Origin: Eledone cirrhosa
Lineage: Eukaryota
Assembly (NCBI GenBank): GCA_964016885.1
Contig: OZ024742.1
Location: forward strand, 328,166,001-328,230,000
Direction: 5' to 3'
Length of the DNA: 64,000 nucleotides
Positions within the stretch are counted from its first letter, which is position 1. Each line of letters starts with the position of its first letter. The position numbers and the translations under genes were made by a program. Below, in pieces: positions 41,635 to 56,823 of the stretch. A model generated the notes under the pieces. The model saw only the letters and a list, made by a program, of their open reading frames with translations, was not told the DNA's origin and searched no databases.

Positions 41635-42600
41635 TTACTCTTTTACTCTTTTACCTGTTTCAGCCATCCGGCTGAGGCCATGCTGGGCACCGCCCCTGCC
41701 GCTACACACTTTATCTCCAGCCTGTATAGGTTGGCCACTGGTGTAGGAGGGAGTTTGTTGCTGCTGCCCTTAGGTTTCCCTCGTGTCTTGCTGTGGGCTC
41801 ATCCGGGATCCTGGATAACAAGGTGTCGAGATGTTTCTTAAAGACATCCACCTTCACGTCATGCAAGTCTCGCAGATGCCTCGGCAGCCTGTTGAAGAGT
41901 TGAGGGCCCTTGAATCCCAGGCTATTGCAATACCTGCTCCTTATTCTAGATGTGGAAGACGGGACCTTTGGCACCACACAGTGACCTCCTGTTCGACGGT
42001 TGGTCCAGCTCCCAATGCCAAAGTTTGGTGCTAGTCCCTCCAGGATTTTCCACATGTAGATCACTGCGTATCTCTCCCGTCTTCGCTCCAAGGAGTAGAG
42101 GTTCAGTTCCTTCAGCCTCTCCCAGTAGCTTGTCTCCCTCATCTTGGCAATCCTCTTGGTGTAGCTTCGCTGGATTGCCTCAAGCTCTGTGGTTAGTTTG
42201 ACACTATGGGGTGACCACAAGCTGGGAGCAGTAGTCCAGGCGGCTTAGGACAAAAGTCCTCCACAGTGTCAACATGGTGTCTCGATCTCTTGTAAGGAAA
42301 GTCCTCAAGATCCAGCCAGCGAATCGTCTACATGCTGTCGCCACCTTCATGATGTGTGAAGAAAAAGATGCATCATCGCTCATGTCTATGCCCAGGTCTC
42401 GTATCGATTTTGACACGGGGATATCGGTCCCTCCTGGGTCCTGTGTAGCTGTGTTCCGCTATATTTGTGTTTGTGTTTGCAGGTTTGTATTGTAGGGCTT
42501 GGAATTTGCCAGCATTAAACTGCATGTTGTTTTCTTCCGCCCATCTGTATATGGCATCCAGATCCTGCTGTAAGAGGGCAGTGTCAGCCGGGTTTTTTAT
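41635..42600 (-). mobile_element. 5'-truncated, frameshifted CR1/L2-group non-LTR retrotransposon (RT C-terminus plus 3' UTR)
   Basis: Minus-strand translation gives LQQDLDAIYRWAEENNMQFNAGKFQAL, IRDLGIDMSDDASFSSHI, LSRLDYCSQL/WSPH, LEAIQRSYTKRI, SYWERLKELNLYSLERRRER and GPQLFNRLP. There are two frameshifts and a short 3' UTR ending in (GTAAAAGA)n. Confidence 0.92.
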
Positions 42601-45011
<2,411 letters not shown>

Positions 45012-45012
<1 letters not shown>

Positions 45013-45131
45013 TAGGAACGAGTAGGACCCCGACGGCTGAGCTCAAGCTGTTTCGACGGCTAATTCTGGACGTCCAGAATTAGCCGTCGAAACGGCTTGA
45101 GCTCAGCCGTCGGGGTCCTACTCGTTCCTAT
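45012..45131. repeat. 120-bp GC-rich spacerless palindrome (one mismatch)
   Basis: Centred on GACGTC (45069-45074). The right arm continues as unique sequence to (TA)n at ~45209. Confidence 0.9.
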
Positions 45132-45220
45132 TACCCACTCTACTACCCTAAGTATTGAGTACTTTGGTGCGTTATGGTCCACCTGGTTCCTTACCACATT
45201 TCCTTCGTTATATATATATA

Positions 45221-45843
45221 TAAAAATTAAAAATTAACTTACTTACTAAAATTTTAGGAAGTAAGTTAATTTTAATTTTTAAAATTTTCTTATTTTACGT
45301 CTTTCATATAATTGTTCTGCATCCTCCTGCATTGAACCACCTAGGTACTATGACATAACTTGTGTATTTGCCAGCATTAGTGTACATCTGTACGCATATG
45401 TTGGTAAATATACTAATTCTCTATATTTATCTCCCAATTATTTATTTGTTGAGTAAACTTGCCAAATCCACTACTATGTCATTGTAGTAGTGGTAAGCTC
45501 TTGTCATTATACGATCCCACTCCTTCTGACTAGCCTCAGTGTCACGTTATTGATTCTTTAGAATCTGCCACTTGGCCAGAGACAGTGAACTTTTTCAGTG
45601 CTATGGAATTCAGTCCCCACTAGCTGTTCCATCCACCGAATTATTATTTTTATATGAGTCCCTAGTGTCCGCCTATTGCCTGGAGACTTAGCTGAGAATA
45701 GACTCCCTGATGACGTAATGAAGTCTCGATGGTTACATTGCATAACTATCTTTATCCCATTACAGAAACTAATTAGTTGGAGTGAAAATTTTAGTAAGTA
45801 AGTTAATTTTTAATTTTTTAAATTTTTTTATTTTACGTCTTTC

Positions 45844-45848
<5 letters not shown>
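45221..45848 (+). mobile_element. Retrozyme-like element: ~537-nt monomer with terminal direct repeat and 5' fold-back
   Basis: Direct repeat 45248-45310 vs 45785-45848, a short inversion at 45221-45251, and an HHR at 45702-45783. (TA)n on both sides, no recognisable ORF. Confidence 0.75.
45702..45783 (+). ncRNA. Type-I hammerhead ribozyme motif with extended stem II
   Basis: ACTCC-CTGATGA-cGTAATG...CATTACa-GAAA-CTAATTAG-TT-GGAGT: 5-bp stem I, 6-bp stem II, palindromic ACTAATTAGT stem III. Confidence 0.82.
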
Positions 45849-45885
<37 letters not shown>

Positions 45886-45893
<8 letters not shown>

Positions 45894-46218
45894 GTGAGGT
45901 TTTTTTTTACAAAATGAAAAATAACCGAGGTGTCCTCCACGAGTGGAAGTATAAAGAAAAAGAGATGAAATCGAAAATGCAACTGAAGTCTTATTTTTTT
46001 TTAAATATATATATTTATTTGGTTCCTTTACAGGTTTCGCAGTTCTTCTGCTTTTCAAAAGGTGACTTGAGATGGATGTGAGAAAAACCACAGACCCTCC
46101 ATCTCAACTCACCTTTTGAAAAGCAGAAGAACTGCGAAACCGGTAAAGGAACCAAATAAATATATATATTTTTTAAAAAAATGAGACTTCAGTTGCATTT
46201 TCGATTTCATCTATTTTT

Positions 46219-46225
<7 letters not shown>
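45886..46225. mobile_element. Fold-back HHR element, 'U3-A8' family, copy 2
   Basis: Near-identical to 26213-26577. HHR motifs at 46112-46149 (+) and 46025-46062 (-, one stem III substitution). The left arm is shorter than in copy 1. Confidence 0.8.
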
Positions 46226-46256
<31 letters not shown>

Positions 46257-46260
46257 ACAC

Positions 46261-46301
<41 letters not shown>

Positions 46302-46306
46302 TGTAT

Positions 46307-46344
<38 letters not shown>

Positions 46345-46374
46345 ACACATATATATATATATATATATATGTAT

Positions 46375-46410
<36 letters not shown>

Positions 46411-46440
46411 ACACATATATATATATATATATATATATGT

Positions 46441-46476
<36 letters not shown>

Positions 46477-46584
46477 ACACATATATATATATATATATGT
46501 ATACACACATATATATATATATATGTATACACATATATATATATATATATATGTATACATATATATATATATTTATATATATAT

Positions 46585-47160
46585 AACATGTATCCCAGTA
46601 CAACCTGTCCCATGGTCGGATCGTTGGCGACTAAACTGGCAACCCCACCAAGGTTTCTTGGTGAGGAGGGTGACTTTGGACATCCTGCAGGACTAAAAAC
46701 AAAACCTGTCAAAGGGAAAAGGAGCTCTTAAGAGTCAATGGCCATCCAAAATCACCGGGAGAGATGACACCTTAGCCTTTGTCAAGGCAGAATTCTCGGA
46801 GAAGGAAAACTCTGATATAGCACCTGCAACCCTGATGGTATCCAATGATGTTGACTTGTTCTTCTTTTTGGTAAATAACATCTTGGTTAAGAGAGTGGGA
46901 CTGGCTTTGTGGCAGTGCCTTTGCTCACTATAAAAGCTTCACGGCACAGGCATTGCTTTATATCTGGAGATCTCTCTGCATTTGTCGTTCCATGGTACCA
47001 TGGGCCCAGCACAATGTGTCAATAATTGTCACAAGTGTAGTGTTTGTACCAGAGTTTTTCAAGTCGCTGGCTTGACTAAAATGTCACACTCGTACAGTGC
47101 ATCGGTAGGGGTTCTTCTACATGGATATAAAGTAGTGGCCGTACTCGAGTACGGCAGCCA
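46585..47160 (+). mobile_element. Non-coding interspersed repeat with an RTE-like 5' motif (GGAGAAGGAAAACTCTGA)
   Basis: Homologous to 39325-39857 and, inverted, to 54634-55037. The RTE affinity comes from my recognition of the motif only. Confidence 0.7.
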
Positions 47161-47163
47161 CCA

Positions 47164-47259
<96 letters not shown>

Positions 47260-47275
47260 TGTATATATATATATT

Positions 47276-48145
47276 GGTGACTAAAACAGAATTGGCTCCG
47301 CGGACGTTTTGTATCTCTGTCTAATCATTTTCTGATCGGCCAAACTTAAACATCAGAATATGGTAGATACAATGTCTGAGAAGAGAATAGGACCCCATTG
47401 GGAGGACCAGCCCCGTATTTTCTGTGTGAAACACAACTATAACTGTGATTCATAGAAGCAGCTCCAGTAACAATTTCATGCCATTTTTGGAACAGACAGA
47501 ACTCATTTGAAAGCCTATATACAAAACTGTGTGAAGAGATTTGAGACGTATGGGACAGTGGCGAACCTCAATACAATGTCTGAGGATCGTCCCACCAACT
47601 CTGGACGACCAAGGCGTACGCTGGAAATTATTGACATGGTACGAGAGTCTGTTGAACAAAGCTCAAAATTATAGCTGTTTGGAAGCTAATCTTTGAGTTT
47701 CTCCACAATAAAAGTGCAGAAGGTTCTTAAAGAGTATCCTAAGAATTACGTTGCCACAAAAAAACAGACTAAAAAAATCTTAGTGTAGATGAAAAAATGC
47801 TGGAGAAGATGGAAAACAATCCACATTTTCTGACTCTGAAGTAGACCTCACTTTCACTTAGAAATGAACATCAACTCCAAGAATAATGTGTTCTGGGCGT
47901 CAGAGAAATCCACTGAATTGGCTAAGACACGTCTCCACTTGACTAAATGCCCCATATGTGGAGCCATGTCTGAGAAATGATTGATTGACTCTTTATTCTT
48001 CGACGAAAATAGTGTCAGGGCTACAACTAAAAGTTATGTGGAGGTCCTAGAAGACTTCAAAATGGTATCACAGACCATGTAACCATCTCTCATGAATAAG
48101 TTCTGGTCCCCGTAAAACGGGGCAAGCCGCAATACCCCAATTGGT
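47276..48145 (+). pseudogene. Decayed Tc1/mariner-superfamily transposase (DUF4817-type N-terminus)
   Basis: Fragmented plus-strand translation gives CVKRFETYGTVANLN...NSGRPRRTLEIIDMVRESVEQS, HFHLEMNINSKNNVFWASEK...LHLTKCPICGAMSEK*LIDSLFFDE, and FWSP*NGASRNT (compare WFQQDGATPHT). There are many stops and frameshifts. Confidence 0.8.
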
Positions 48146-48885
48146 ATTTAGTGCCCTTGGCTTGGCATACAATGTTAGTCCTACCTCTTCTCCAATTCAG
48201 GCACCAAATGCCCCCAATTAAAATATTTTCACCTTACAGTTTGGCAAGAAAACTAATTTAAATTTTAACACTTCTTGCTCTTACTACACTAAGAAAATTA
48301 CAAAACCCACAAGATGTCATAAAGTCTTACATGTCATAAAGAGTATACTATCCTATCCAGCACTTAAGATATTTCCACAATGATGTTACACGGCAAAAAT
48401 ATTTAGTGATTTATTTATTGATCGCAGGAAATTATGATACTTTAGTTTAATGATTCAGATCTGGATAAATCAGTGATCCTTTAATGATCTTGAACACGCC
48501 ACTCCGAGGTCTGGGCTCTAGCTGCCTGACTAGTTCGTCTGATGAAGTACAGACCCTGACTATGAATTCAGGAATAGGTGGAATAGACTATAAAGTGTAA
48601 TGTGAATTCTCACATACAATGTAGTGTTGATGACAGTATTTGAACAACTACGTTCAATGATGACTTTGAAGTACACAATAAACTTAGTTAGCTGGACTAT
48701 TTTGTAATAAAGGCATAAAGAACTAAATTTCTTACAATTTCTCCCAGTTCAATTTCCCATAAAGATACTTTGTAATTCTTATACCCGAGAAGCCTCTAAT
48801 TTGTATACCAGTAATATGATGGTGGTTATTTAATTCGCCGTAAAAAACAAATTTTGCAATTAGGAAACCTACAGAATAAATTTTG

Positions 48886-48959
48886 TAGAAAAAAACTTTA
48901 CTCTTTTACCATTTCCAGCCATCCGGCTGAGGCCATGCCGGAGCAACGCACTTTCTTTC

Positions 48960-49001
<42 letters not shown>

Positions 49002-49076
49002 GAAAGAAAGTGCGTTGCTCCGGCATGGCCTCAGCCGGATGGCTGGAAATGGTAAAAGAGTAAAGTTTTTTTTCTA
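48886..49076. repeat. Palindrome: two 75-bp LINE/SINE 3'-tail fragments around (TA)20
   Basis: The arms are identical except for one homopolymer base. They match the LINE tail at 41635-41690 (TACTCTTTTACC...CAGCCATCCGGCTGAGGCCATGC). Confidence 0.9.
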
Positions 49077-49151
49077 TATATATATATATATATACAAACA
49101 AACTCATACGCACGCAGGAACATTCACGCACAAATATACACACGCACACAT

Positions 49152-49420
49152 CATCGGACGACTGTCAGTTGCGACGACAAATGCTTCATCGATCAACAAT
49201 TCAGCCTATTTGCGAAATTAACGAAACTTTACTAAATTCTCAGAAAGGTTCAGCATGACACAGGATGCGGCAAGATAGGATTTTTGAATTACCGGTACAA
49301 GTCATTTGTTCCAATTGAGCTGACTGGATCAACGTGAAATAAACTTTCTTGCTAAAGGACAAAACGCGTTGACGAGAATCGAAATCCTGACCTTACGATC
49401 TTGAGGCGAACGATTTAATC
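49152..49420 (-). mobile_element. Degenerate SINE
   Basis: Reverse-complement similarity to 35870-36090 and 53895-54110, with a tRNA-like head at the right end. Confidence 0.55.
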
Positions 49421-51559
49421 TGCACAGACACTACTGTTGTTGACGACTGTATGAACGTCAAATCCTCCCATATCTCTTATAATATGACTATACACATTAA
49501 CAACAAGCCATTATTTTCAAAGCAGTCGTAGCTTTATGCACTGTCTTCTTGAAATTAAAGGGATAATTTAAAGGAACGTTGTTTCAATACTGCACACCAC
49601 GTTATATAATGTTTCTTTAAAAATAGAAGAAGAAATTTGAAGAAACGACATTTTTAATCCAGATGTACTGTTATTTAGAATTTAGGGAAATATTATCTTA
49701 AAACCGTGTTCGTGTCGAGAGAATAACTTGATATCTGGCAGCGACATTTTTAGGTTCTGACTGGTACATTGGTTTTCAACTGACTCTTAACTTCTGGCTC
49801 TCTGACATTGTTAATCGACACACTGGTAACTAAGGCTGCTGACCAACTAAACCAAGTGAGGGAATGGATGCTTGGATAGGAGATGGACACCGCTAAGCAC
49901 TTCTAAGTCCCATAATGTTATGACGGACACTGTCAAACGTCTAGAGTGGCACTCCAGTGAATAGCTGCATCAGCTACGGGAACTTCATTGGTTGATTTAC
50001 CATAGAAACAGTTTAAATTTGACAGCTGGGTATACATGAATTAGATAATATATACATATATTCGATAGGTTCACACGTCTAATAAAAGGGGCTTTGTGAT
50101 ACAAAAGAAATCAATATTTACATATAACACAGAGATAGAGATGAACGTAGTGGAAGGAACTTTAAGAATTTGTGCCGTTTAAATGACATTAAAGACTGTC
50201 TATTAGAAGTGTGAATTAATATACTACATTTAAAGAGAGATTCAATCTAATGAAGATGTTTTGAGTTATGTATTAAGCAGAAAACTTAATGATCTGCTTC
50301 AACTGTCAGGAAAGACATTACTCCTGCGAGAATTACCTTTGGAAATCTGCTATAAACTCCAGCTGCAATGATTGTTAGTGTTTATAATCCAATAATAACA
50401 TTAATGGGGTGGGATGGAAAGATGAGAAATTTCATTGGAAAGAGAGTTAAGCTTCAGTTATCTTGCTGCGCCACACACCACGTTCTGAGCGATGTTATAG
50501 TGTATTGCGATATTTGAGCGCTTTTACGGTGGGTTAGATTAATTTACATTGAAAACGAAAATCAAATCGTGAAAGGTAGTAGAGTAATTTTATATATTGC
50601 AAATGGCATTGAATACTAATAACAGTGAATGGTCAAAATTTCATGGAAGATTATACAAGGCAACAACTGGGAAGTGTGGTGTGTTGTTGGTGCAGTCGAA
50701 TTATAATTTAAGTATAGCCAGCCAAAATTTTGAATTTAACACTAATGAGAGCGATTAGTTCTGGAGAATTCTAATATTCAATTTCTATTTGAGAAATTTG
50801 GATATCATATTAGTCAAACGGAAAACTACTGCATTTATGGGCGATATCAGATTGGATGAATTATTGATTAAATTATGTAAATAACTCTGGGCTAGTTCAC
50901 AAGATACCCACATATTAGTAACAATATACACCCACACAAACACCTACATTAATATATATATACACACATGAATCTGTATACAATATGACATCAGTATTAT
51001 TAATGAGAGAAAGAGCGGTGAATGGCAGCACAGAAGAAAATTTATTGCGGTATGTTGTTCCAAACAATCACGTTGTGTTTTCAAATCTTTTCCGCAGTGT
51101 TTGACTATTACTTTACTCCTTACAAAGTCGATAACCTAAATACCAGGAATGAACACAGTCCAATTTAATTGACTGCATCTTTCTGAGTGATATGTAGCTA
51201 TGTTTGTGGATTGTATCTATATTAGTTTGGACAGACATTTCTCGCATTTGTTCAAGTTTTCATTGACTTGGGCATTTTTTAACATTATAAATATTTTACA
51301 AGTCAAAAGTATAATCATCATTTCCGATTACCGTCTGACATCATTTAGGAAGGCAGATGATTCCATTCCTGTAGAATTATTCTGGCTTCGAAGGAAAGAA
51401 TTCCTTCAGTCACTGATTTAAGTTGTCTTCATTGGCAAAGGTCTCCGACTGCATTGCATGGCTCATTCAGAGAAAAACATGATAGTCTGTAAGCACGAGG
51501 TCGGGCGTATTCCGCGCGAGACAGACAGGGGTTTGTAGAATATATGTGGAGGCGAAAGG

Positions 51560-51915
51560 GAATGAGAGTGCTCATGCTCTTGAACGACGAAACACGGTTG
51601 AGCTGAGAGAAAAAATGAATATAACAGGAATTAGATGGAACGCACATGATAGAAGCATGCACTGACAGGGTCCTGTGATGAACATAAAAGCTGGTCATTG
51701 GGTGATGCCAAGAGATTCCAGTAAAAGCATATCCCGGAAGACCTTGGCAGAACCGGTTAGAGCTTTAGAGCTAATCTCAAAATATTGACCCTCCCGCATG
51801 AGATGGCGATAGAGCACAGCGTGTGGAGAGAGATTTTACTGGAGAAGACCCATCCAACACACCCAAGCATCCAAAACGGACGTAGAATATTGTTGTTGAT
51901 GATAATGATGGTGAT
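51560..51915 (+). mobile_element. Degenerate 3' end of an RTE-clade LINE
   Basis: Residual peptides ELREKMNITGIRW and NLKILTLPHEMAIEHSVWREILLEKT, followed by AAAACGGACGT and a (GAT)n-like tail. Confidence 0.55.
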
Positions 51916-52534
51916 GATATACACATATTCATACGGAGAAGGAGAGTTAGTCACTAATTTTAATCCCTTCACCAGCCTCTTTCCATTCGTGTCACATTAT
52001 CACAATTAGATTGACGGTGTTTCTTTTCCACCCCCTTAATATATTTGATTGTATACTACTACTACTACTAGTAGTAGTAATAGTAGTAGTAGTAGTAGTA
52101 GTTGTATTCATACTGATAATAATATGGTAATAGTAAAAAAAAGCATTAATAGAAAGACAAAAAAGGAAGAAAGCAAAAAGAAATGGTTTTCCCCCCTGCT
52201 GTGAAGTTGCTGGAAATTACCTAATCGGTTTATGAGACTTCTATCATTGCGTGTGGTGAGAGTGTTGGAGAGAGTGTTGGAGAGAGAAAGTGGTGGAGAG
52301 AGTGGTGGAGAGTGTGGTGGTGAGAGCGGTGGAGAGTGTGGTGGTGTTGGTAACGGTGATGAGGAAAAAATAGCTAAGAGGGGAGGGGTCGTGACTATAG
52401 AACTCCCTTTCGAATTAAAGTAGCTCAACTGCAACACTTTCTTCCTTTCTTTTCTTACCTTTTAAGGTAACTTTCATCTCACTACTTTCTTATCTCGTCA
52501 ATCATGACCCAACTTTCACTTTCACTTTATTGTT

Positions 52535-52565
<31 letters not shown>

Positions 52566-53080
52566 TTAATGTTGTCCTCTTTATTTTCTTTATGGCTTTT
52601 TTCCCAGCCATGTACTTCATCGCTATTTCTCTCTTAACCCTTTTTCCACCTTCAACCTTCTATCTCTTACTCACTCTCTGTTTCTCTCCATCTCTCTCGC
52701 TCATAAAAAACAAAACTATAGTTTCTTCACTTTAGATATATTGCCTTGGTTTTGTTTTAGTTTTGAAAACAATAAAAGCCTGAACGTAAAAGTAAGTAAC
52801 ATCAACACTATGATGGCGCCTGGCCTAGTGGTTTAGTGTATAGAACTCATGATCGTGGGTTAGATTCCAGCACCTAGCGGTGTATTATGTTCTTGAGCAA
52901 GCTCCTTTATTTCATGATAGAGCAGGGGCCGCTATTATTAACACAACCAATAATGAAACATTGTAGGAGGCCAGCTAGACATGCATAGACGAGAGCTCTA
53001 CATTTCATGTTTTCAATCAACACAGCTAGATACAACAAGAGAGAGAGAGAGAAAAAATGAGAGAGAGAGAGAGAGAGTGT

Positions 53081-53113
<33 letters not shown>

Positions 53114-54633
53114 GGAGACAGATATATATAGAAAGAGTATTAGAGATTACTCGATCCGTTGGAAATAGCAGCCTAATTTCCATAAAAGCCCATACTAGCG
53201 GTGTCCACTCTGCTGCAAGCCATTTAGCGCGGTTTCTGGTTTGAATATATATCTTCTTCACTCATTCCCTCCCATAAGTCTCGAGTTTATGTGGGGTGGG
53301 GGTAATTCTTGGTCACCACATTTCCTTCCTCGACTAAACAGTAAAAAATAACTCAGGGTTTGTTAACTCATTTTGTTATATAATCCTAGAAACATTATGC
53401 ATGACGTCTATACAAAAAACAAAAGCAAAAAAAGTAACGACATGTTCATATTTTTAAACATTATATTCATCATCCTTATCATATTCGTCATCACAATATT
53501 CATCAAAATCAAGACCACCACCATCGTGTTTATCATAATCACCAAAAAACATCATCAAGGACGACAACAACTAAAACAATAAAAATGACATTAACAGTAA
53601 CAATTAAAACACATAGCTAATAACAACAACAAAAACGACAGGAACAGTAATAACATCCACAGACTTACACCAAAATATTGAATAGTTAGAATGGAATAAA
53701 ATAATTATAATATCAGGAATTCTTACGCAATATACAGAATGTTAGCCTGGAAGGGAATGTCATTAGTGGATGATATGAAGCGAAGTGGTTACAACCGGAA
53801 ATTGAAAGCTGATCATCGTCACGTTAAGATGGAAGATTTGCAAGAATTTACATAAAAATAATCTTTTGTTGAATTGTTGAGGACAATGCTTTGAAGACGC
53901 TTGTCATTGTGGTTATGGTCATGAGTCCCATCCGCGATAACGCGTTCAGTCTTTGAACAAGAGGTTTTATTTAACGTTGCTCCAGTCTGTTCAGTTGGAA
54001 AAAAATGAGAGGAAGCAGTAATTCAAATGACCAGCCTTGTCACACACACTCAATTACGTTAAATGTGCACGTGTCTCTGGTATGCTCAGCTTATTCAAAT
54101 CACATTCTACCGTCATTAACAAAAAAACAAAGATGTATATATTAGATAGCGCAGCCTAAGATAAACGACGTCTGAAAAGATGGAACGATCGTGGCTAGGT
54201 TGTTTAATACGACACCAACTGAGCTGAACATTGGAATTGAAATGATACGAAGAGTTTAGTTGTTATTTATCCCCAGGCCATCTTTGCTCAATAAAACTTA
54301 TAAACAAAGACATAGCGTCTTACAGACGTACGTGTGCCAGGCGTGTATATATTTTCCTCATTTAAGAGGGCTAGTTGTGGTTTGAGGGAGATTTAGCTCC
54401 TATTTTGACAGATCAAGCAACCTCGTACATGTTCCCTTTTTGGCTCGTAATGATTTTATGTTCAATTCAGATATGTATATTTATGGCGCCAAATTTGTTG
54501 ACCTCCTCGAACTGGACCCTGGAAATTGATCAGGTGAACGACAAGAAGAAGAAGAAGAAGAAGAAGAAGAAGAAGACACACACATACATATATATATTGA
54601 TATACATGCATACAAACGTGCATGCATACATGC

Positions 54634-55037
54634 TGGCTGCCAACTCGTTTTCGAGTACGGCCACTACTTTATATCCATGTAGGAGAACCCCTAACGATGC
54701 GCTGAACGAGTGTGACTTTTTAGTTCAGCCAGCGACTTGAAAACTCTGGTACAAACACTACACTTGTGACAATTATTGACACAGTGCTGGGCTCATGGTA
54801 CCATGTGACGACAAGTGCAGAGATATCTCCAGATATAAAGCAATGCCTGTGCCGTGAAGCTTTTATAGTGAGCAAAGGCACTGCACAAAGCCAGTCCCAC
54901 TCTCTTAACCAAGATGAAATTTACCAAAAAGAAAAACAAGTCAACATCATTGGATACCATCAGGGTTGCAGGTGTTATATCAGAGTTTTCCTTCTCCTAG
55001 AATTCTGCCTTGACAAAGGCTAAGGGGTCATCTCTCC
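54634..55037 (-). mobile_element. Inverted copy of the 46585-47160 repeat
   Basis: About 400 bp of colinear reverse-complement match to 46758-47160. Confidence 0.85.
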
Positions 55038-55339
55038 CAAGATGCATACATACATACATATGCATGCATACCTACATAGATACGTACATACATACATACA
55101 TACATGCATACATACTTACAAACATACATACATATATACATACATACATACTTACAAACATATATACATATATACATATATACATACATACACACATACA
55201 TACATACAAGAAGAATGGGCATGTTTAGGTTAACTCTGTATTTAATATATATATAACAGTAGCCTCGTGTTCTGCATAACAGTTTAGATTTCATTGCATG
55301 GCATCCTGGGAAAGTTTTGTTTAAAATAGCTTTGACTCG

Positions 55340-55502
55340 ACCTAAGCCCAGTGAAGAACACTGAGTACACGAAATCTGCTGGGAAGCCTTTTGGATTGAG
55401 TATACCTATACGTCAGAGGTTCCACCTTGTCACACATCGTGTCACACTGAATTTGTCCAAGCATTATGTTACTGGGACACATCTCTGTAGAACACATAGC
55501 CA
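55340..55502 (+). mobile_element. SINE body fragment
   Basis: CCTTGTCACAC...GTGTCACACTGAAT...TATGTTA...ACACATCTCTGTAGA matches the SINE body at 54030-54095 and 35955-36025. Confidence 0.55.
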
Positions 55503-55729
55503 GGTACACTAAATTTTCGGAGCAGGTTTTTTTCCTTTCATGAAACAAATGGATCACTCATTGCCCAAGGCGATAGAGATCTCTTTCATTCCGTTTCATT
55601 CAAGAGAATGACAGTATGTGTTTTAATTGAGAGACTTTCTAAATATCCCAGTAAATAGATACATACACAACTAATTAGTGCGTTATTCACTGTACTGAAT
55701 ACCCGAAAGTAATATTCGAAGTGCTGCTG

Positions 55730-55799
<70 letters not shown>

Positions 55800-55989
55800 C
55801 TCCCTCACACACACACACACATATATATATAGAGATAGATAGATAGAGAGAGAGAGAGATAGGGAAAACCCGAAACCACTTGGCACCGCGGTTTATATAT
55901 ATCCATCTCTGTAACCATTGCGCATGTCCTCGTGCATTGAGTACTCTTAGTGGTCACATCTGTTTCTCTCTCCCTTCCCCATCTCTCTC

Positions 55990-56043
<54 letters not shown>

Positions 56044-56051
56044 TACATATA

Positions 56052-56088
<37 letters not shown>

Positions 56089-56263
56089 CCTAACGTTCGA
56101 TCCTCCGTTCTTCCAATCTTCTCTCCCCGTACTTTGCTATTTCCGGAAGGAAATATTCATTTACATAATTTTTCCTTTTCTTATCTTCTTTCCCAAGCGT
56201 GAACTTAATAAGACTTTATGCTTTTGCATCTCATTGTCGTGTTTATTCTTGGACTCCATATAA

Positions 56264-56540
56264 AAAGGTAAAGACCCCCTTCGGTCACAAATGACCATGG
56301 AATTTGCACCTAGAATGTTCCTCTTCGAAGGCACAAGAGCGGGCAAGATTGTTTATGGAAGACCAACAGACGCCCATGCTTACCAATCTCCCGTCTCCAC
56401 GCCACCGATGTTGTCAAAGGGGACGTCAAAGACCGATACAGCTTGGAACAAGGGGCGTTGCAACTCATTTCCACATCTGATTGAACGACGCAAAGCCCTG
56501 TCCGAGAATCGAGCTCACAACCTCACAATTGTAAGACCTG
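56264..56540 (-). mobile_element. tRNA-derived SINE
   Basis: The minus strand begins with a tRNA B-box-like GAGGTTGTGAGCTCGATTCTCGG and ends in a hairpin-like GGTCATTTGTGACC followed by GAAGGGGGTCTTTACCTTT. Confidence 0.55.
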
Positions 56541-56787
56541 TGTGTGTAGTATAAATATCGAGTAAAGTGTACTCGGAGATGGAAAATTCGGAGCAGAGAC
56601 GGCGGTAGCATCAACATCTTTCTGTCAGCAAGTGTACTTTACCCACCATATTCAGCTATCATTTAAAGTTATCAGATAATATACCTATACCTATACCCCC
56701 CCCCCACACATATATATATAACAACAGAATCGGTACAGTATATGGAAGGTATATATTAGGTTAACGCTTGATATAGCAGGAAGAGGG

Positions 56788-56823
56788 TCTTAACGTTTCG
56801 GACTCTAGTCCTTCATCAGAAGA
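56788..56823 (-). ncRNA. Minimal hammerhead ribozyme motif (solo, not folded back)
   Basis: Minus strand reads TCTT-CTGATGA-aGGAC taga GTCC-GAAA-CG-TT-AAGA, with palindromic AACGTT at stem III, typical of Penelope-type minimal HHRs. Confidence 0.75.

Noticed and set aside
48538-48600. CTGATGA as another hammerhead
   Set aside because: No properly placed GAAA, stem III or stem I partner could be found.
52108-52470. Pro/Ser-rich or Gly/Glu-rich ORFs and nearby GT donor-like sites as a host exon
   Set aside because: They are driven by a short 12-bp GGAGAGTGTGGT-type repeat and have no recognisable domain. A UTR exon cannot be excluded without RNA data.
46758-55037. Large DNA transposon with ~400-bp TIRs enclosing the mariner remnant
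   Set aside because: The left copy extends ~170 bp beyond the match, a third relative exists elsewhere, and there is no TSD. Two dispersed repeats in opposite orientation explain it better.
55342-55905. Minus-strand TATA box plus a 71-aa ORF as a first coding exon
   Set aside because: The ORF largely overlaps a SINE body fragment, and TATA-like words are ubiquitous in this window.
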